Notes under the pieces: generated by a model
Told to the model about the DNA's origin: nothing
The model's input: only the letters and a program-made list of their open reading frames with translations
Databases searched by the model: none
Shown: positions 12,312 to 25,320 of the stretch, piece by piece
How positions within the stretch are numbered: position 1 is the stretch's first letter
Layout of the letters: the number at the start of each line of letters is the position of its first letter
Assembly: GCA_000934665.2 (NCBI GenBank)
Contig: JYFJ02002530.1
Coordinates: forward strand, 1 to 55,314
Direction of reading: 5' to 3'
DNA from: Catajapyx aquilonaris
Taxonomy: Eukaryota
Length of the DNA stretch: 55,314 nucleotides
Made by a program: the position numbers and the translations under genes

Positions 12312-12640
12312 TCAAAAACTGCATCGGCTCGTAAACATTTTCTGCAAATTCGCAGGCTCTCCTACATCCGCTACATGCTCCAAATTACAGCAGATAACCA
12401 CCCGCATTACTTCCATCATTTTAGCAATAGCAGCACACCCTAATTCCCACCAATAGCCACATCTTTTTTTATAAATGTAACTGTACCTCTCCGCATTTCG
12501 ATAGCACAGCAATTATTTTGCAAGGTCACAATTTCGTAAAACGTCGTTAACAATGGCGGAATCCTTCAGCTCTGCCTGTTTTGAAGGCAATTGGCGAGCC
12601 AGAGTTTCCGGAAGGATGGCACTGTACCCATGCATGAAAC
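12312..12640 (-). pseudogene. cGLR-like fragment
   Basis: YWWELGCAAIAK resembles LWELGCFHLVK (30.4 kb) and the Mab-21 GCHLVPK motif. Confidence 0.35.
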
Positions 12641-13178
12641 TGGATTATGATACATCCCCGCCGAATACACTACATAACCCACACCCAACTGTGCCGCCAG
12701 CTAAACTGAATTGCCCGGCCACTGCCTGTTAATAATTGTCCAGCACAGACAGCGTTTTACAAGCCATGTCCCCACCCCCCTATACCCATTACACCACTGA
12801 TTCTGCAGTTCACTCAACGACCCATTAGGACCGTTCTATTTCCATTATTTTGCGGGTTCTATTGAGCAAACTGAGTACGTCCTCTTTACTTTTTAGGACG
12901 GAAAAAAACTATAGCCAGAATTCAAATCACGGAGGGCAGTGATCCCATTATCCGGGGACGAGACAAAAGCACGTGGAATGCAAATTTCTGGGGCGCCCAA
13001 GTTTCGCAGGTATCAAAATCTGTAATCCTCCTTGATTAAAATGTAATGGGGTAGAGCCCATAGTGGTTGGATAGGATTACATGGTAGTCAAAAACCTGTT
13101 GGAAAACAAGTCGATGGCGACACTGTAATTGAAACTGAAAAAATGAGAGCCATTTTGTCCTGTTAGAGGCTGGGTGCT

Positions 13179-13269
13179 AAAGAACGATCTGACGTCACGT
13201 TCAGCCCCGCTCTGTAAGCCACTGCGCATGCTCAAAAACCACGGTTGGTGTGGCGTCAAATCGTTCTTT
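13179..13269. mobile_element. Mini-MITE (~91 bp)
   Basis: TIRs AAAGAACGATCTGACGTCAC / GTGGCGTCAAATCGTTCTTT; same family as the unit at 35820-36119. Confidence 0.75.
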
Positions 13270-13359
13270 CGCTTACATGACTGTACGGAGAGTTTACAGG
13301 AGAACCACGACTTGGAGGGACCACTGGAACAACACGGTACTCCAGTACGCAAAATGAGA

Positions 13360-13890
13360 CCGTTAACCTGCAAAGCACATGATATTTCAGTGTCCGAATG
13401 ACGGATGTAGAACAGTTTAATTTCACGGTTGAACTTGAGGCAGATGTACTGAGGTCTGGTAGTAAAGCACACAATAGGGACAACACAAATCGGTTAATAG
13501 CACCCGGTTCTTCTGAATAGCTCAAGTTCGGGCACCAAATTCGACCCCTTGTTCAAAATTCCTGGGACCTCCAGTGTTGTAAAATGTAGCAATTTAGAAA
13601 CCTATTTAAGCAGTTGAGTCTGTTTTTACGGGGCTGTGAATGCGAACTTGGGAGTATTTACAAATGGAAGTGTAATTGCATCCGGAGGGGTTGGGATGGG
13701 TAGGGGGACATTTCCGTAACTCGTTACCACTTCTCGCGCCCTCATCTCGGTGAAAAATGGGGTGGTCCAAAAGTCCAGCCTCCTGATTTCAGGCCGTATT
13801 TGGAGCTGGATATGGCTGGCCATTGGCTCAGCTTGTGTACCTTCTTTCGCTCTAGTTATACGCTCGCTCCTCGTATCCTTATTCAAGCTG
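13360..13890 (-). pseudogene. cGLR-like remnant
   Basis: IRRLDF..REVV..ITLPFVNTPK..*KQTQLLK*VSKLLHF..ICLKFNREIKLFYI, in the order VDL/[28 protein letters not shown]. Confidence 0.6.
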
Positions 13891-14634
13891 TCACGTAGCC
13901 ATAGCGACTATCGGGTACCCTTAATAGTGCATTTTTACGAAGATGCTCGACCTCGTTCCAGGCCCTCGGTTCCAGAGCATGAAGAATTCACATCGGCGTG
14001 TAAAGGCCGCTTTTCACCAGATCTCGTATTCTATGATGCCCTACTAGTGCATTCCTCTATTGTGTAATGGTGCAAGGGATAAAATTACATGGAACCCCTA
14101 CAAAGCGACGTTGAGCAGAATCCGCACAAAACTACTTATATACCGGTATAGAAGCTGCTTTCATTCCTAATGTAAATGTTATTAATATTGTAGGATAATA
14201 GTATAATGAACTGCCTATGAATTCAATGATGCATAATATAATATGTACTCAAAACAAACAACACAACTACGCGAATGTTTTTTTAAACTATTGAGGAGAA
14301 TACTGTACAATGCATTCGCTCCGAATAGTTCATGTCAACTATGATGCCCAGAAGCTTTAAAATCAGATCAATATACTGCTACTGTAGACAGCTTTCAGAG
14401 GCAGAAGTTATGAATAAAAAATTAACTCCGGTGGGGCAAATATTCAACAACTTTTTTGAAATGAAAAATCTTGATTTCATATTTGAAAAGCGCTATACAC
14501 TTTTTCATCAGTTGTTCATGTACCAAGGGTAACAACGAAATTAGTTTCTTGTACTGTTCGGTGCAGTGTTCCAGTCCATGCACCACAGTCTTTCTTTGTG
14601 AGCCCGGGGCAAGTCTGGGGCGGACAGATGGCCG

Positions 14635-14652
14635 TGACAATGGCGCCCAACG
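14635..14652 (+). mobile_element. LTR-end plus partial tRNA-Lys PBS relic
   Basis: TGACA-A-TGGCGCCCAACG; same TGACA+PBS junction as the minus-strand copy at 6291-6316. Confidence 0.5.
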
Positions 14653-14889
14653 CAGGCCCAGCGCTATCTTGGTCAATTGTGGCATAACTTTCAGACAGCA
14701 TCTTACTTCAAAATAAAGTACCCACCCGGCTAATCCTACCAATGGGGAACACCCCAGAAAGTGACAACTCCCCTTTTGTCCCATGAAGAATAGAAACAGT
14801 GGTAATTCAATCCAGTCGGAGACAATCATCCGCACAAGTCCGCACCTCCAAGTCGTCTTATGCAACAAATTCTCCTTTCTTCCACCCTC

Positions 14890-15120
14890 TCATTCCCCCA
14901 AAAAAGGCTCGGGTTGGAAGACTCGTTCGAAACAGTGAACCCGATTTAGCACCGAAACAGTTCTTGAATGCAATGGCTCATTGGGAATTCGGGTCCAGAT
15001 TCGTGGAAAGGACTCGTTAGAATTGTCCAGGAGAGTGCTTGACGCTTGGAGAGCAGCTTGCGGAGACGTTGCCGAAAAGCCTCAGACATTGGTTGGCCCC
15101 AAACTTGGTCAAAGTACCGC
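14890..15120 (-). pseudogene. cGLR-like remnant (C-terminal helices)
   Basis: TLTKFGANQCLRLF ... LDPNSQ*AIAFKNCF, compare cGAS CLKLMK ... NPQDSQW..LGLCF (TGA at the W position). Confidence 0.5.
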
Positions 15121-16282
15121 TCCTCAGGGGGTTTAGGGAAGGGGAAATGAGGCTGACCTGTATCCTTTAAGGGCTCGTGACCACTAGCAGCACACTAGTC
15201 CCTTTCGGAGGACTACCTTTTTGTCCTAGTGTGGAAGGAAGGCTATCTCCGTGCCAGAGGGGTTAATGTGGTGCAAAAGGGGATAGGGTGCAAAGAAGGA
15301 GTTTAACTAATAGGAGGTTACTGTAGTTTGCTAATTTTAAAAAAGTTCACACATTTTAACAGTTGCTACAGTTTGCTTTGTACTGTGCAGGCATGTAGGA
15401 GTACACTAATTTAACAAGCTATATTCCGTCTTGAAATGTGCAGCATATTATATTATATCAGGTACCGGTATACAAGAAGTTCAACATTTCACTCCGATAC
15501 TGTAGGATTAGCTGCATTTAGGTTCATGCCCTCATTGTAGCTAAATGATGAACAATGTACAGTAGGGCTTACCTGTATTATTCAACTTGCTTAATATTTA
15601 CATTTTCCACTTTAGCGGATGAATAAATATTTTAAAGATATTACCCCTTTAAATACACTGACGTCACAAAATATATTCACCCCAACCTAATAAAGCGACA
15701 AATCAATACTGACACATCCCACATGGTCAAGCTCATAGCAATCAATGTCACTCGTCAATGTCAGTGGGCTACATCGATAGCCCCCTTTTTCCACCTCGAA
15801 CGATTTTCATATCCCACCCCTTAAGGCCTTCTTAGGAAACTTTCTTCCGCGGCCTACTTCTTACCCTGTCAGAAAAATAATTTTTCACCCTCCCGATTAA
15901 AATCCTTCGTAACACTCTGATTTTTCCAACCAGCACCTTCCATTTATCACGGCCCCGGGGCCAGGGGCGGCTTAATTTCCAAGCCTGCAATGCACTCTGT
16001 TTCCACCCTTAGGAAACATTAGACGACAATGTAGCCAATTTTAGCCTAAATTTAAAGTTGGCGCCCGGAACTCTAATTGGTCGACTCAGTTGGCCAATCA
16101 ACATCGTTGTCATTTCAGCTTCTGAGACGTATTGTCTCCGGGAGTCAATTATTAAAATGGTTCTGGAAGCTGAATATTGATTTTCTTCTAATACGTTCCT
16201 TACTTTTGCACTTCCGGGAGACATTTCTGCTGGTGAGACGTGTCTATTACGAATTCAGTCTGATTTCGGCCCCTTCAAAGTC

Positions 16283-16525
16283 TTAATTGCCGGAATCTGA
16301 CGGGCCCATTATACGATGCATATATACCTGTAGGCTACGTGAGGTCATAATTTCAAGATTGTGCATGGAATCGATCATGTTTTCAGTTCTTTTGTGCAGA
16401 AAAGCGAGAGAAGGGGAGGGTTTTCCGCATTTATTCGTCACCATGGCAGCAGAAATCTTATTAAAGTCGAGATTAAAACGGAATCCGGCAACAGACCTCT
16501 CCAACAACGAAAATGAAGAAATCAC
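16283..16525 (-). pseudogene. cGLR-like remnant
   Basis: FNLDFNKISAAMVTNKCGKPSPSLAFLHKRTE..MTSRSLQVYMHRIM aligns almost ungapped to [45 protein letters not shown]. Confidence 0.7.
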
Positions 16526-17070
16526 ATTTCAAAATACGGGCTGCCTTCCATTTCAATCTCATTATATGAATTCCTTTATGATATTACGCGGTCGGAAATT
16601 AAAGTAGGAATGAATAGGCCTACTGCACGCGATAAGGACGCTCCATTTATTAATCTCCATTTTTAGTCGCGCAAGTGCCCACTTCCATCATAAACACCCG
16701 AATTATATTTTGAAAAGAACGACTCTCGTGCTTAGCTCTAGCGATCCTTATCTACAGACTTTGCCACTTAAGGTATACATTACTGTACTGCAAACCCTCA
16801 TCCTTCTGGCTTGCAGATAAAACTACTTCCTTACTCGCCGCAAGAGCCACCAACGGTATAACTTGAGCCCAAGCACAACTCCGGGCGATTACTAATCCTC
16901 CTTCACTATGCTCCTCTACCCTACCCCTCGGGATTTAATTCATGTTAATTAATTTAAAACGCAAGCTGAACTTGCTATTGGATAATTAATCAAAGTACGT
17001 AAGGATAGCAAGGTGAAAGCATGAAGCTACTCAATGGCGCTCCTAAAATCGTGCCAATTTTAATATATTC

Positions 17071-17100
17071 GTTGGGTTGCATCATGGCAGGATGGAACAA
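17071..17100 (+). repeat. Dispersed ~30-bp motif, copy 1
   Basis: TTGGGTTGCATCATGGCAGGATGGAACA; near-identical copies at 26341 and 27721. Confidence 0.85.
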
Positions 17101-17329
17101 ATCGGAGGTTTCCATTAATTTTACTTCAATATTTGTTAAATACATTTAATTTTATATATAGCCTACTCATTCGAGCCTCGATTATCCGGACACTTCTTGG
17201 GAACGTCGAATAATTTAGAAAATTTTCCACTAACACCTTCACAGTTTGTCATTAAGAAGCACTCTTCGCGCACTGTTTGGCCTGTATTTTTTAACACCTC
17301 CACCCACCACTACCTCCCCAGCTTTCAAG

Positions 17330-17740
17330 TTATCCGAGAAGGAAACGCATAAAACTTTTTCTTCTTCTCCAGAATTTAGAACTCCCTCCCTCGCCCTGTT
17401 CGGAAACTTCAATTTGCCAAAGGAATTCCTTTCTTGGCCCCCACCCCCCTCCCAGCACCCCTCTCTCTTTTAGCTTTTCTTCTTCCGTATTCTCATAGTC
17501 CCTTCTCCCCGCAACCCTACCGCTTCTCTCTAAGGCACACTTTTTTGATGAAATTCTCTCTCTCTCTATCCCTACCCATTTTTTCGTAGCAAGTTCTTCC
17601 AAGCGTGCCTGCATTGAAACCAAGACGTTCTTACAGTCATGCCAATCCATGTCGTCATCGAGTATTGAGAATAAGGTACTGACACTGCTCTTGCAGAGCA
17701 CTTGCAGAAATGCTGTATGTTGCAGAACCAAAAGGTGCAA
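17330..17740 (-). pseudogene. cGLR-like remnant (136-codon open segment)
   Basis: SMQAR..WVGI..SGRVAGR..KERGVL parallels SIIFQAH..VG..LGDVGGR..NSGVL/TERGI of other copies. Confidence 0.45.
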
Positions 17741-18212
17741 AGGTACACAGCAATACTGTAGTGGGGTGGAAACTAATTCAGACTAATTGTGTCAGTAACA
17801 GCTACATTGGGGGACCCAACATGGTCGCCGGCGGCCATGTTGGGCCCGCATGTAGCGCTTCCCTCTTGTACCTATAAAGTTCAGCGTAGTCCGGTAGGGT
17901 CCCCACATAATAGCTCCGTGAAATGTCTCATGGCGGTGAGCACCTCATGCAAAAAGCCCCGGCAGGCGATAAAGAGGGAGTGTCCAGACCTTCGTATTGT
18001 AAGACCATGGGAGCTGACACTATTTCCCCCTGTTGCTGTGCTTCCCGTTAAACAGAACTGATGTATGGATAGCCTTTCACTGTCAGGATAAACAAGGCAA
18101 TATACTGTACAGTACGAGACACTAAATCTGGTCGGGCGGTATGGAAATATTACAGTCATACCACCTGTTAATAACCATATCAGTCAGATTAAAAATAAAT
18201 AATTCGCACCTA

Positions 18213-18500
18213 TTATGTGGAACAACCACAACCAGAGCGGTGTCGTTTCAACAATGCAAATAGACTCTCAATGATNCCCCCCCCCTTTGAGCGTGAAAAT
18301 CCTTTTGGCACGAAATCTCCTGGTCCTGTCCGCAGGATGACATCCAAATTGCCATCGGAAGTAAATAGTGAGGCCTTGGGATAATCCAGGTGGACGGACA
18401 AGCACATCCGTTTTGATCCCGACACCACTTTTATCCCCTATCCTACCAATAAGTCTGGTACGACTACTAAGCCCCAGACTCAGATTTGCACATTCATCTA
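18213..18500 (-). pseudogene. cGLR-like remnant
   Basis: ECANLSLGLS.. then frameshifted NLDVILRTGPGDFVP (compare RDVVVHTPNSPGDWIP at 51.0 kb). Confidence 0.5.
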
Positions 18501-19908
18501 GTCAGTCCTAAAAAAAAAGAACCAGGTATTGGATTTTGCCATTCATTGGTAGACGCGGGCTGTAATTGAATCCCATACGTTTACTTTCAGTGAGGTCGCA
18601 TTTCCAACCTCAGCAGGTCATCAAGGGGCTTCCTATTTCCTATGGCGGTGAAGTTGCGAGAAAAGTAACCCCCCCCCCCCTCTGAAATCTTCGCAGGGCC
18701 TTTTTCGCTATCGGTGCCGACACACCTAATTTAACGCGGATTCTGCGCCATTAACCTCGACGGGACCTTACGATTGTTGGCGCTGCCAAAAATCTGGAGG
18801 AACATACGGGAGCTGACCCGAAAGAGCATTGGACACGGATTGGTGAGGAATGGTAAGAAGGGATGGAAATATGTTGATTGGTGTGTTAACACAATCTGAC
18901 AAAAAATATTTCTGAGAAAACTAAATTAATTGAATGCTATTTAGTTAAATTAATTGTTAAAGTGGTGAACATTTTGGCTCCATATGTTTATGACTTACGG
19001 CGTAATGAATAGCGTGTATTCAGTAGCAGGTGTTGGATAATTGTATAGTGCGTACTGTAGAAGATATTACTGTGCGAATAGCCGAGATAGCCTGAAGTGC
19101 AATTATTACAGAACAGGTCTACAGTATAGTGTTCACTCTACAAGCATATATAGTAGAATATTGCTTAAATAGTGCAGCATAGAATTCTCTAGATAGTTGC
19201 TTCACATTCAGTTGAAAGTCTTTTTTTACTCTTAGTACCGAAATATATAGGTAAGTAAAAGTGTTCCTTACGGGGTACGTTAGTGCCTCTTCAATTATAC
19301 AGTATATCTATGGCTGTATTTGCAAATGTACGTTAGAAACGCCCATTTGCCAGTACTGAGTTAAGCTCACACCTCACAGTACCGTATCTATGAATAATTA
19401 ATTAAATATCTTGATCTACTGTGTTGTAATGCACATGCTGCCCATTCATACTAATTATGGGTCATGGCTAGGTTCTAACAAACGTTAGAGTAACATTCAT
19501 TTTTACGACCACAAGCATTATGGTACATTTTGGTTAGGCCTTCGATTAATTTGTACAACTAGAGTAGCATACTTACTCTTACCACAAATAAAGTTTGCTT
19601 GAGCGTATACAAGAGAGCTTCTTTGAACACTTCACTGAATCACTTTAGATCAGAGCTCCCCACCCGCTGATGACTACAGTATCGCTTTGTCCCAAAGAGA
19701 ATTCTGGAATTAACAATTTCCAAGTTTTAACAGGATCAACACTGAGCCATTTTTGTGAGCCATCAACCAGCCAAGTTAGCTGTTTATAATGCATTATCAT
19801 CACATCTCCACTGATAGTTTAGCTAACACCAAAGTGTCGCATCTCGCCTACCAAAAGCACCACCAACACCTACCAATGATGCTCAAAAATACAGTCAACC
19901 TTCTCTTT

Positions 19909-20290
19909 TTACCGTAACAAAAAAGTCATCCGCAACCGAGAACCCTTTGAGAGCAGTGGGTTTATCTGGCAGGCTGAAAGAATCGAGTGAGGCTTGGTGG
20001 GTCGGGTGATTTTGAGACCTGTAGTCCCCATAGTCGTGTGTCGGACGCAGCTGTGCAGCATGTCACCACCCAGAACTCGTCGTCTCCATTGCGGTTGCAT
20101 GCCGCAGCAATTTGCGGTGGGGACGTATTGAATCCGCGCTTACCTCCATTGGCACATGCATTGGCCTCGTGGTTCCAATGGGGACGCCATACCCCCGCTA
20201 AACTGAGCAATGATGCCCGGGCCCTCAACGGATCTACTTTTTTAACGGCTTTTTTTAACGGTTGGGATGCCGAATGGGAAGCCATTTTGC
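19909..20290 (-). pseudogene. cGLR-like remnant
   Basis: KVDPL..LSLAGVW..DDEFWVVT..TRLWGL, compare VDLV..FSGDKW..PEFFIVPK..RYWSL. Confidence 0.65.
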
Positions 20291-20940
20291 ATCCATGCAC
20301 CAGGTGACGCACCACTGGGCTTTCATAATTGCGGCTACTTTAGCAATGGAAAAATATGCTATGTTAAAGCTTGTTGACCCTGCAATTTAAAAAGGGCGGT
20401 ATAATTTCATTTTTGTTTCGTGTCCGCTAATATTTTTCAGGCACACGTACCTTATGTATACGAATGTGCCCCGTGCCCGCAGGTTTGATGGACTTGTTTT
20501 GAAAGAAAACAAGAGCGGTGCAGGCAAATACAATAATGTGTATCCGTTCCAGACGCTCGATACAGCTTCACGGGTCGCAGAGCTTTACGCGCGTATCTGA
20601 TGGTAATCTGGACTTACGAGTTTCGTGAACTTTGAATCCAAACGGACAGTTACAATTAATTTTAGAGATATTCTCACACCCTCTGCGATATGTACCTATA
20701 CAAATTCTAGCTTCAGATTAGCCACTCGACACCCTCACCATCAACACCATCTTGTGAATATTAGGGACGCCATATTGTACATGTCACAGTATAACTCAGA
20801 ATCAGATTGTAAGCCATCGCCAGCAGCTAGTTTTTGACATATTAAAAAGTAACCATCCAAATTTTGTCCAATATCGAACACTCTGTAGATGATCCATTCC
20901 TTTTAACAAAATCATCCACGCTCATAACCGTCCTGTTTTG

Positions 20941-21350
20941 TCACACGACAGTCCCTTTCTGCAATTGACGTTTTGGAAATTGATGCATACCCTTTCTCTG
21001 TAATTCGATTTCACTTGACTGCGCATTTCCAACCGTGGTTCGCCCTACATGTACCGCTACAGTATACCACCCCCATGAACCTTCTGGCGGCAGAATAAAA
21101 GTGCAATCTGCGGCTAGCCACTTACACAGAAACGAGAGATTCGCCCCCCGGATACCCCCGCGGGGCGAACAATGTTTCATCGAGTGAATAGCGCCGACAT
21201 GAATATCAAGACATAGGTATAGAATACCTAGTGCCCATTGCCACCGTTTGCCCAAATAAAACCATAATTGTGACACATGGCTAGGAGGACCCAGACCGCG
21301 GTAAAACGAGGAGCACATTAATATGTCAAAGGTGCCCCAAACGAGCCTCT
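20941..21350 (-). pseudogene. cGLR-like remnant (N-terminal activation-loop region)
   Basis: FDILMCSSFYRGL, compare FRRVFYGGSFYDGL. Confidence 0.5.
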
Positions 21351-21651
21351 CGCTCCGGCCGAAACAGAATATCCTGGCATCATAAATGACGACACATGAT
21401 TGTGTGCATGTTACATGCTATATGCCACGTACTCACTTTGTTTTGTAGCTAGGTTGCTGGGGGGCCCAGAGTTTGTGACCTTGTGTAGCCACACGCATAT
21501 GACAATTACGTCTATGTATTGCCACCTATAAACCAGTGTAGCACTAAGGTGTTTTCATTCTTAATGGTCTATTAAAATACATACTTTTGCATTCTGATGT
21601 GAAATAGTCATAGGCTACCTGCTTCCAACCGCTTCCTGGACCAACTTGTAC

Positions 21652-21723
21652 GGTTAGGTTAGGTTAGGTTAGGTTAGGTTAGATTAGGTTAGGTTAGGTT
21701 AGGTTAGGTTAGGTTAGGTTAGG
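21652..21723 (+). repeat. (TTAGG)n interstitial telomere-type microsatellite
   Basis: ~14 TTAGG units. Confidence 0.95.
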
Positions 21724-21916
21724 CGAGGCCAGGTTGATAGGATATCGATCACAGTAGTCAAATATTTTCATTGTTGTCAACTTATAGTAAATAGCAAAAT
21801 ATTATATTCTTCCCACATATATGACACCTAGAAGCCCTGCCTATATTTTCCCTTACCTGAATTCACGGCCGAGTTCTGCTACGTGTCACGCGTCCTTTGT
21901 GCCATTACGCAAATAT

Positions 21917-22240
21917 TCAGCAAAATGTGCTTTTCCCCGGAAGCCTCACCTTTTCCCTTGATGTCCCCACCGTGCTTCCTGAGAAGTGTGATGTAAGTCG
22001 AGCATAATTTTGGAAAAAGAAAGACACGCCTGCTGCACTATACTCGGGGCTTCTCTCTGTGTTAGAGAGACGGGTATGGGCAGGAATTCCGGGCCGAAGG
22101 AGAATTTTGAACCCAACCCTTAGGAACAAAGGGAGAGGCCAGGTTCAACTGCACATTTCCGCGCCTTTCCATCCTCAACAAATCGGGTTGTGCATCTCTT
22201 CCTAGGATACCTTTTTCCTCCTCCTGTTCCACCTCTTCTC
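21917..22240 (-). pseudogene. cGLR-like fragment
   Basis: GTGGGKR; nucleotide match TTTYCCTCCTCCTG to the 6.95 kb copy; FGPEFLPIP resembles YGNVPLPIP (13.7 kb). Confidence 0.4.
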
Positions 22241-24148
22241 TCTATCCACCAACCTCTTTTTGTGCTCAGGATCGAAGAGCACTGCGGCGGAACTCGGTAA
22301 GAAAACTAAGCTACTCAAACGAGCACATAACTCAAACGCTTGTCACTTTCAGAGAGAAACAAACATGGCGGATAGGCTTAGGAAAAGGTGAACATCAGGT
22401 ATGCAGATGCTCAAGGTATGCCAGTCGATGCTAAAATTGGAGTGTTTTCTGTAACACAACAGAAATTGCGATGTAACATGACACCGTCCAGTTTTACCCC
22501 GCATGCAGGACGGATCTCTTGGGAGGCGCATTCAGAAGCATAAGGACAGTGATTGGGCAGAGGCACAACAGCTAACATGGTTCGTTCACAAGGCGCAGGG
22601 GAAATTCAACACGGGATTGCTCAGAACTTTGCGGAGTTTCGTGGATGAAAGTGTCATTTTACCACTCGGGCGTAAAAATTACATCGCGGTATCGATCTCT
22701 ACTTGACAGTCCTACTACCCTCTTCCTCCAACTTTGTGACAACGTAAAGCACAGGATGGAAAGAATTCCTTTTTATTTCGTTCAAACCTCCTAAGCACTT
22801 TTGCTCCGTACCCTGGAGACCATTCACAGTATCCCAATTTCTACAAGAAATTTTGCACTTGATTGGTGGAGTAGGTCTAGAGACATGTACTGTATGGTAC
22901 GGTATAATTGGCAATGTAGTGTGCAGGTGAAAGACAGCTCTTTAAGATTAGACCAGGTATGGGGTCCAGTAATGTATAATTCAGGAGAATGGCAGTCACT
23001 GTACAGTGTAACTGGAGACAAACCGATGTCTAGATTTCAGGACTATAAATAGCTAATATAAATGTTACTGATTAATGAACACTTTTTACTATTTAAAAGC
23101 CACATAACAGTGTCCATACTGCAGTATGTATGCAGACAAGGATTACCCCATTGTTACCAAATTATGATTCAGTATTACAATATTCCATAGTTTAATAAGT
23201 AGATTCTACTCTACATATACTATGCAATGCAAGCTCGAAACTGTACATCATGCATGCTACATACTAAAACTCACAAAATACCGAAAGTGCAACTTGATTG
23301 TTATTTTACCCTCATTTCAGGTAGACCTACACAGCAGTTGGTATGTACACGCACGATGCCAATATTTGAACATTAAATCAATTATCAGCAAAATAGTTCA
23401 TGTAATACACCAACTCACGTGACCCTATATTGCACGCCACCCTGTGCTACGATCAAAAGGCAGGAAATATTATATTGCACTGCGGATACAGCCATGGAAT
23501 GCCATTCGATTATTATTTATTCAGAGTAGCCCTTTATAGCAGTGATTAAAATGAATTGCATCAGGTTGATCATTTTTGACGTCTGATTAATGCCAGAACA
23601 TAATTCCTCCACACGGTAACAAAGGGCGCTACTGTAGCCCACAATTTAGCATGAACCCATACATTATCCGATACTCTTAAGTGAAATTCAAACGTTTTTC
23701 GTTTTTTGAAGAAAAAGTTTCGTTATTTTTTTTTTTATTCGGAAGGACCCGTCTTACTCCCAAGACCCTTTTATCGCCTAGAAGCTCCAACGCTAAAGGT
23801 CTTGTGCTTTACGGCCCCGATTTTGCCAGTTATTCATTTAAAGCCGAGTAAAAGTCCAAGTAGAGCCGGAAAAACTTTCTGCAAATCTCATAATTAATGG
23901 CGAGAGATGCAGCGCTTTTTTTTGCGAAAAGTGTTATTTTTTCGCAACTGGTCTTAGCAACTAGGTACCGTCCTGTATGTGTATTGCATGAGAAACAGTA
24001 TGTTACTATTTGAGTATAAATTAGCATTTAAAATACAATAATATTGTATAAATAGTGCAGTTATTTCATGATTTTAAATAGCTATTTTCATATATGTGAA
24101 AATTTGATTTGCATACATTTGACATTAATTTTTGCATTTTGCTTGCAG

Positions 24149-24272
24149 ATGCAGCGAGCATAACAATTACATGCAAAATGGATATCAATGAATATTTGAA
24201 ACTTCAGAAAATTTCAGAAATTATGTCCAGGAGACTTGACAATATGACATGTTGCAACGCCCTTCGAAAGCG
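24149..24272 (+). other. Candidate spliced exon (antisense to the array)
   Basis: Acceptor TTTTGCTTGCAG| and donor GCG|GTAAGC; one open frame (..MDINEYLKLQKISEIMSRRLDN..). Confidence 0.35.
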
Positions 24273-25059
24273 GTAAGCACACTCGTTATTGGCCATAAAA
24301 GCGATATCTACGCCCCTCCCTTAGCTCTTTTCGTAAATTAACCTGTAAAAAACGGTGTCAGACCCACAAATGACCTCTGCATGTTCAGGTAGCGTTACAC
24401 CCACCTAAAAACAACATCTTGATCCAAAAGATATACACTTCGAAGGTCAAGACTTTTCCTTTTTTATATCCAGCTAAATCCTATCGATTGATAAGTCTTG
24501 CAACTACCTCGCCTTAGCCTAGTTCAAGCCATTAATATTTCTCGTCGCAATTTTCCGGTCCGGTGATAATACAGAGTACAGTGGTGTGCCTCTTCTTACA
24601 TATAGTCGGTGTTCATCTTGCGTAGATTACACTGCATGAGCTTAGTAATTACACTTCTCCTTTGATGCGATTATTGCATTTTCGCAATTTAGGCCTTTAT
24701 TTTTCCTAGGACCGGATATTAATTTGCAAATACCTGGGGGAATACAGTCTGATTCGTGGAAAGATGCATTCTTGGAAGATGGAGTGCCATAATGGCTCAT
24801 TTGAATCTTTTATTGCCAACTGAGTAATTAAGGAGATGATATCAGCCAGATGGAAACGATTTTGTGGGTCAGTATGTTGATATTGAAATGTAAAATTATT
24901 GCCTTTGAAAAATGTGTACTGTCTGATTGTTCAGAATAAATATTAATTGTTATAAAAGACGCTGAATTATTACTCATGCTCTAACATACTACCCTCCAAA
25001 TTATTACAGTACTGTGTACAGTACTCATAACCTTCGATTTCATACATTTGCCTAGTAGT

Positions 25060-25320
25060 ATACGAGAAGTTTTATTCCGATCCGGACCACCCTGTACAAA
25101 ACCCTCAAAATCATTCTTTCTCCAAAACTAATAAATAGATCGACGGTACTCACCAGCGACGTGTACAGCAACACTTAGCACCATCACCCCCCACATCCCC
25201 CACCCTTTCTCCTTAGCCATCCCTCTTCAGGTGTGTACAGTTCTTAGAAAACACTCGACAAAGTCAAAAGTTCGCACCAACCATGAACCCCCCCTAGGTC
25301 AAATTCCCTTGGAGATTCAC
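25060..25320 (-). pseudogene. cGLR-like fragment
   Basis: GFMVG..RVFSKNCTHL..VGDVGG, compare FMTVG..SVFMVCH..LGNVGG. Confidence 0.45.
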
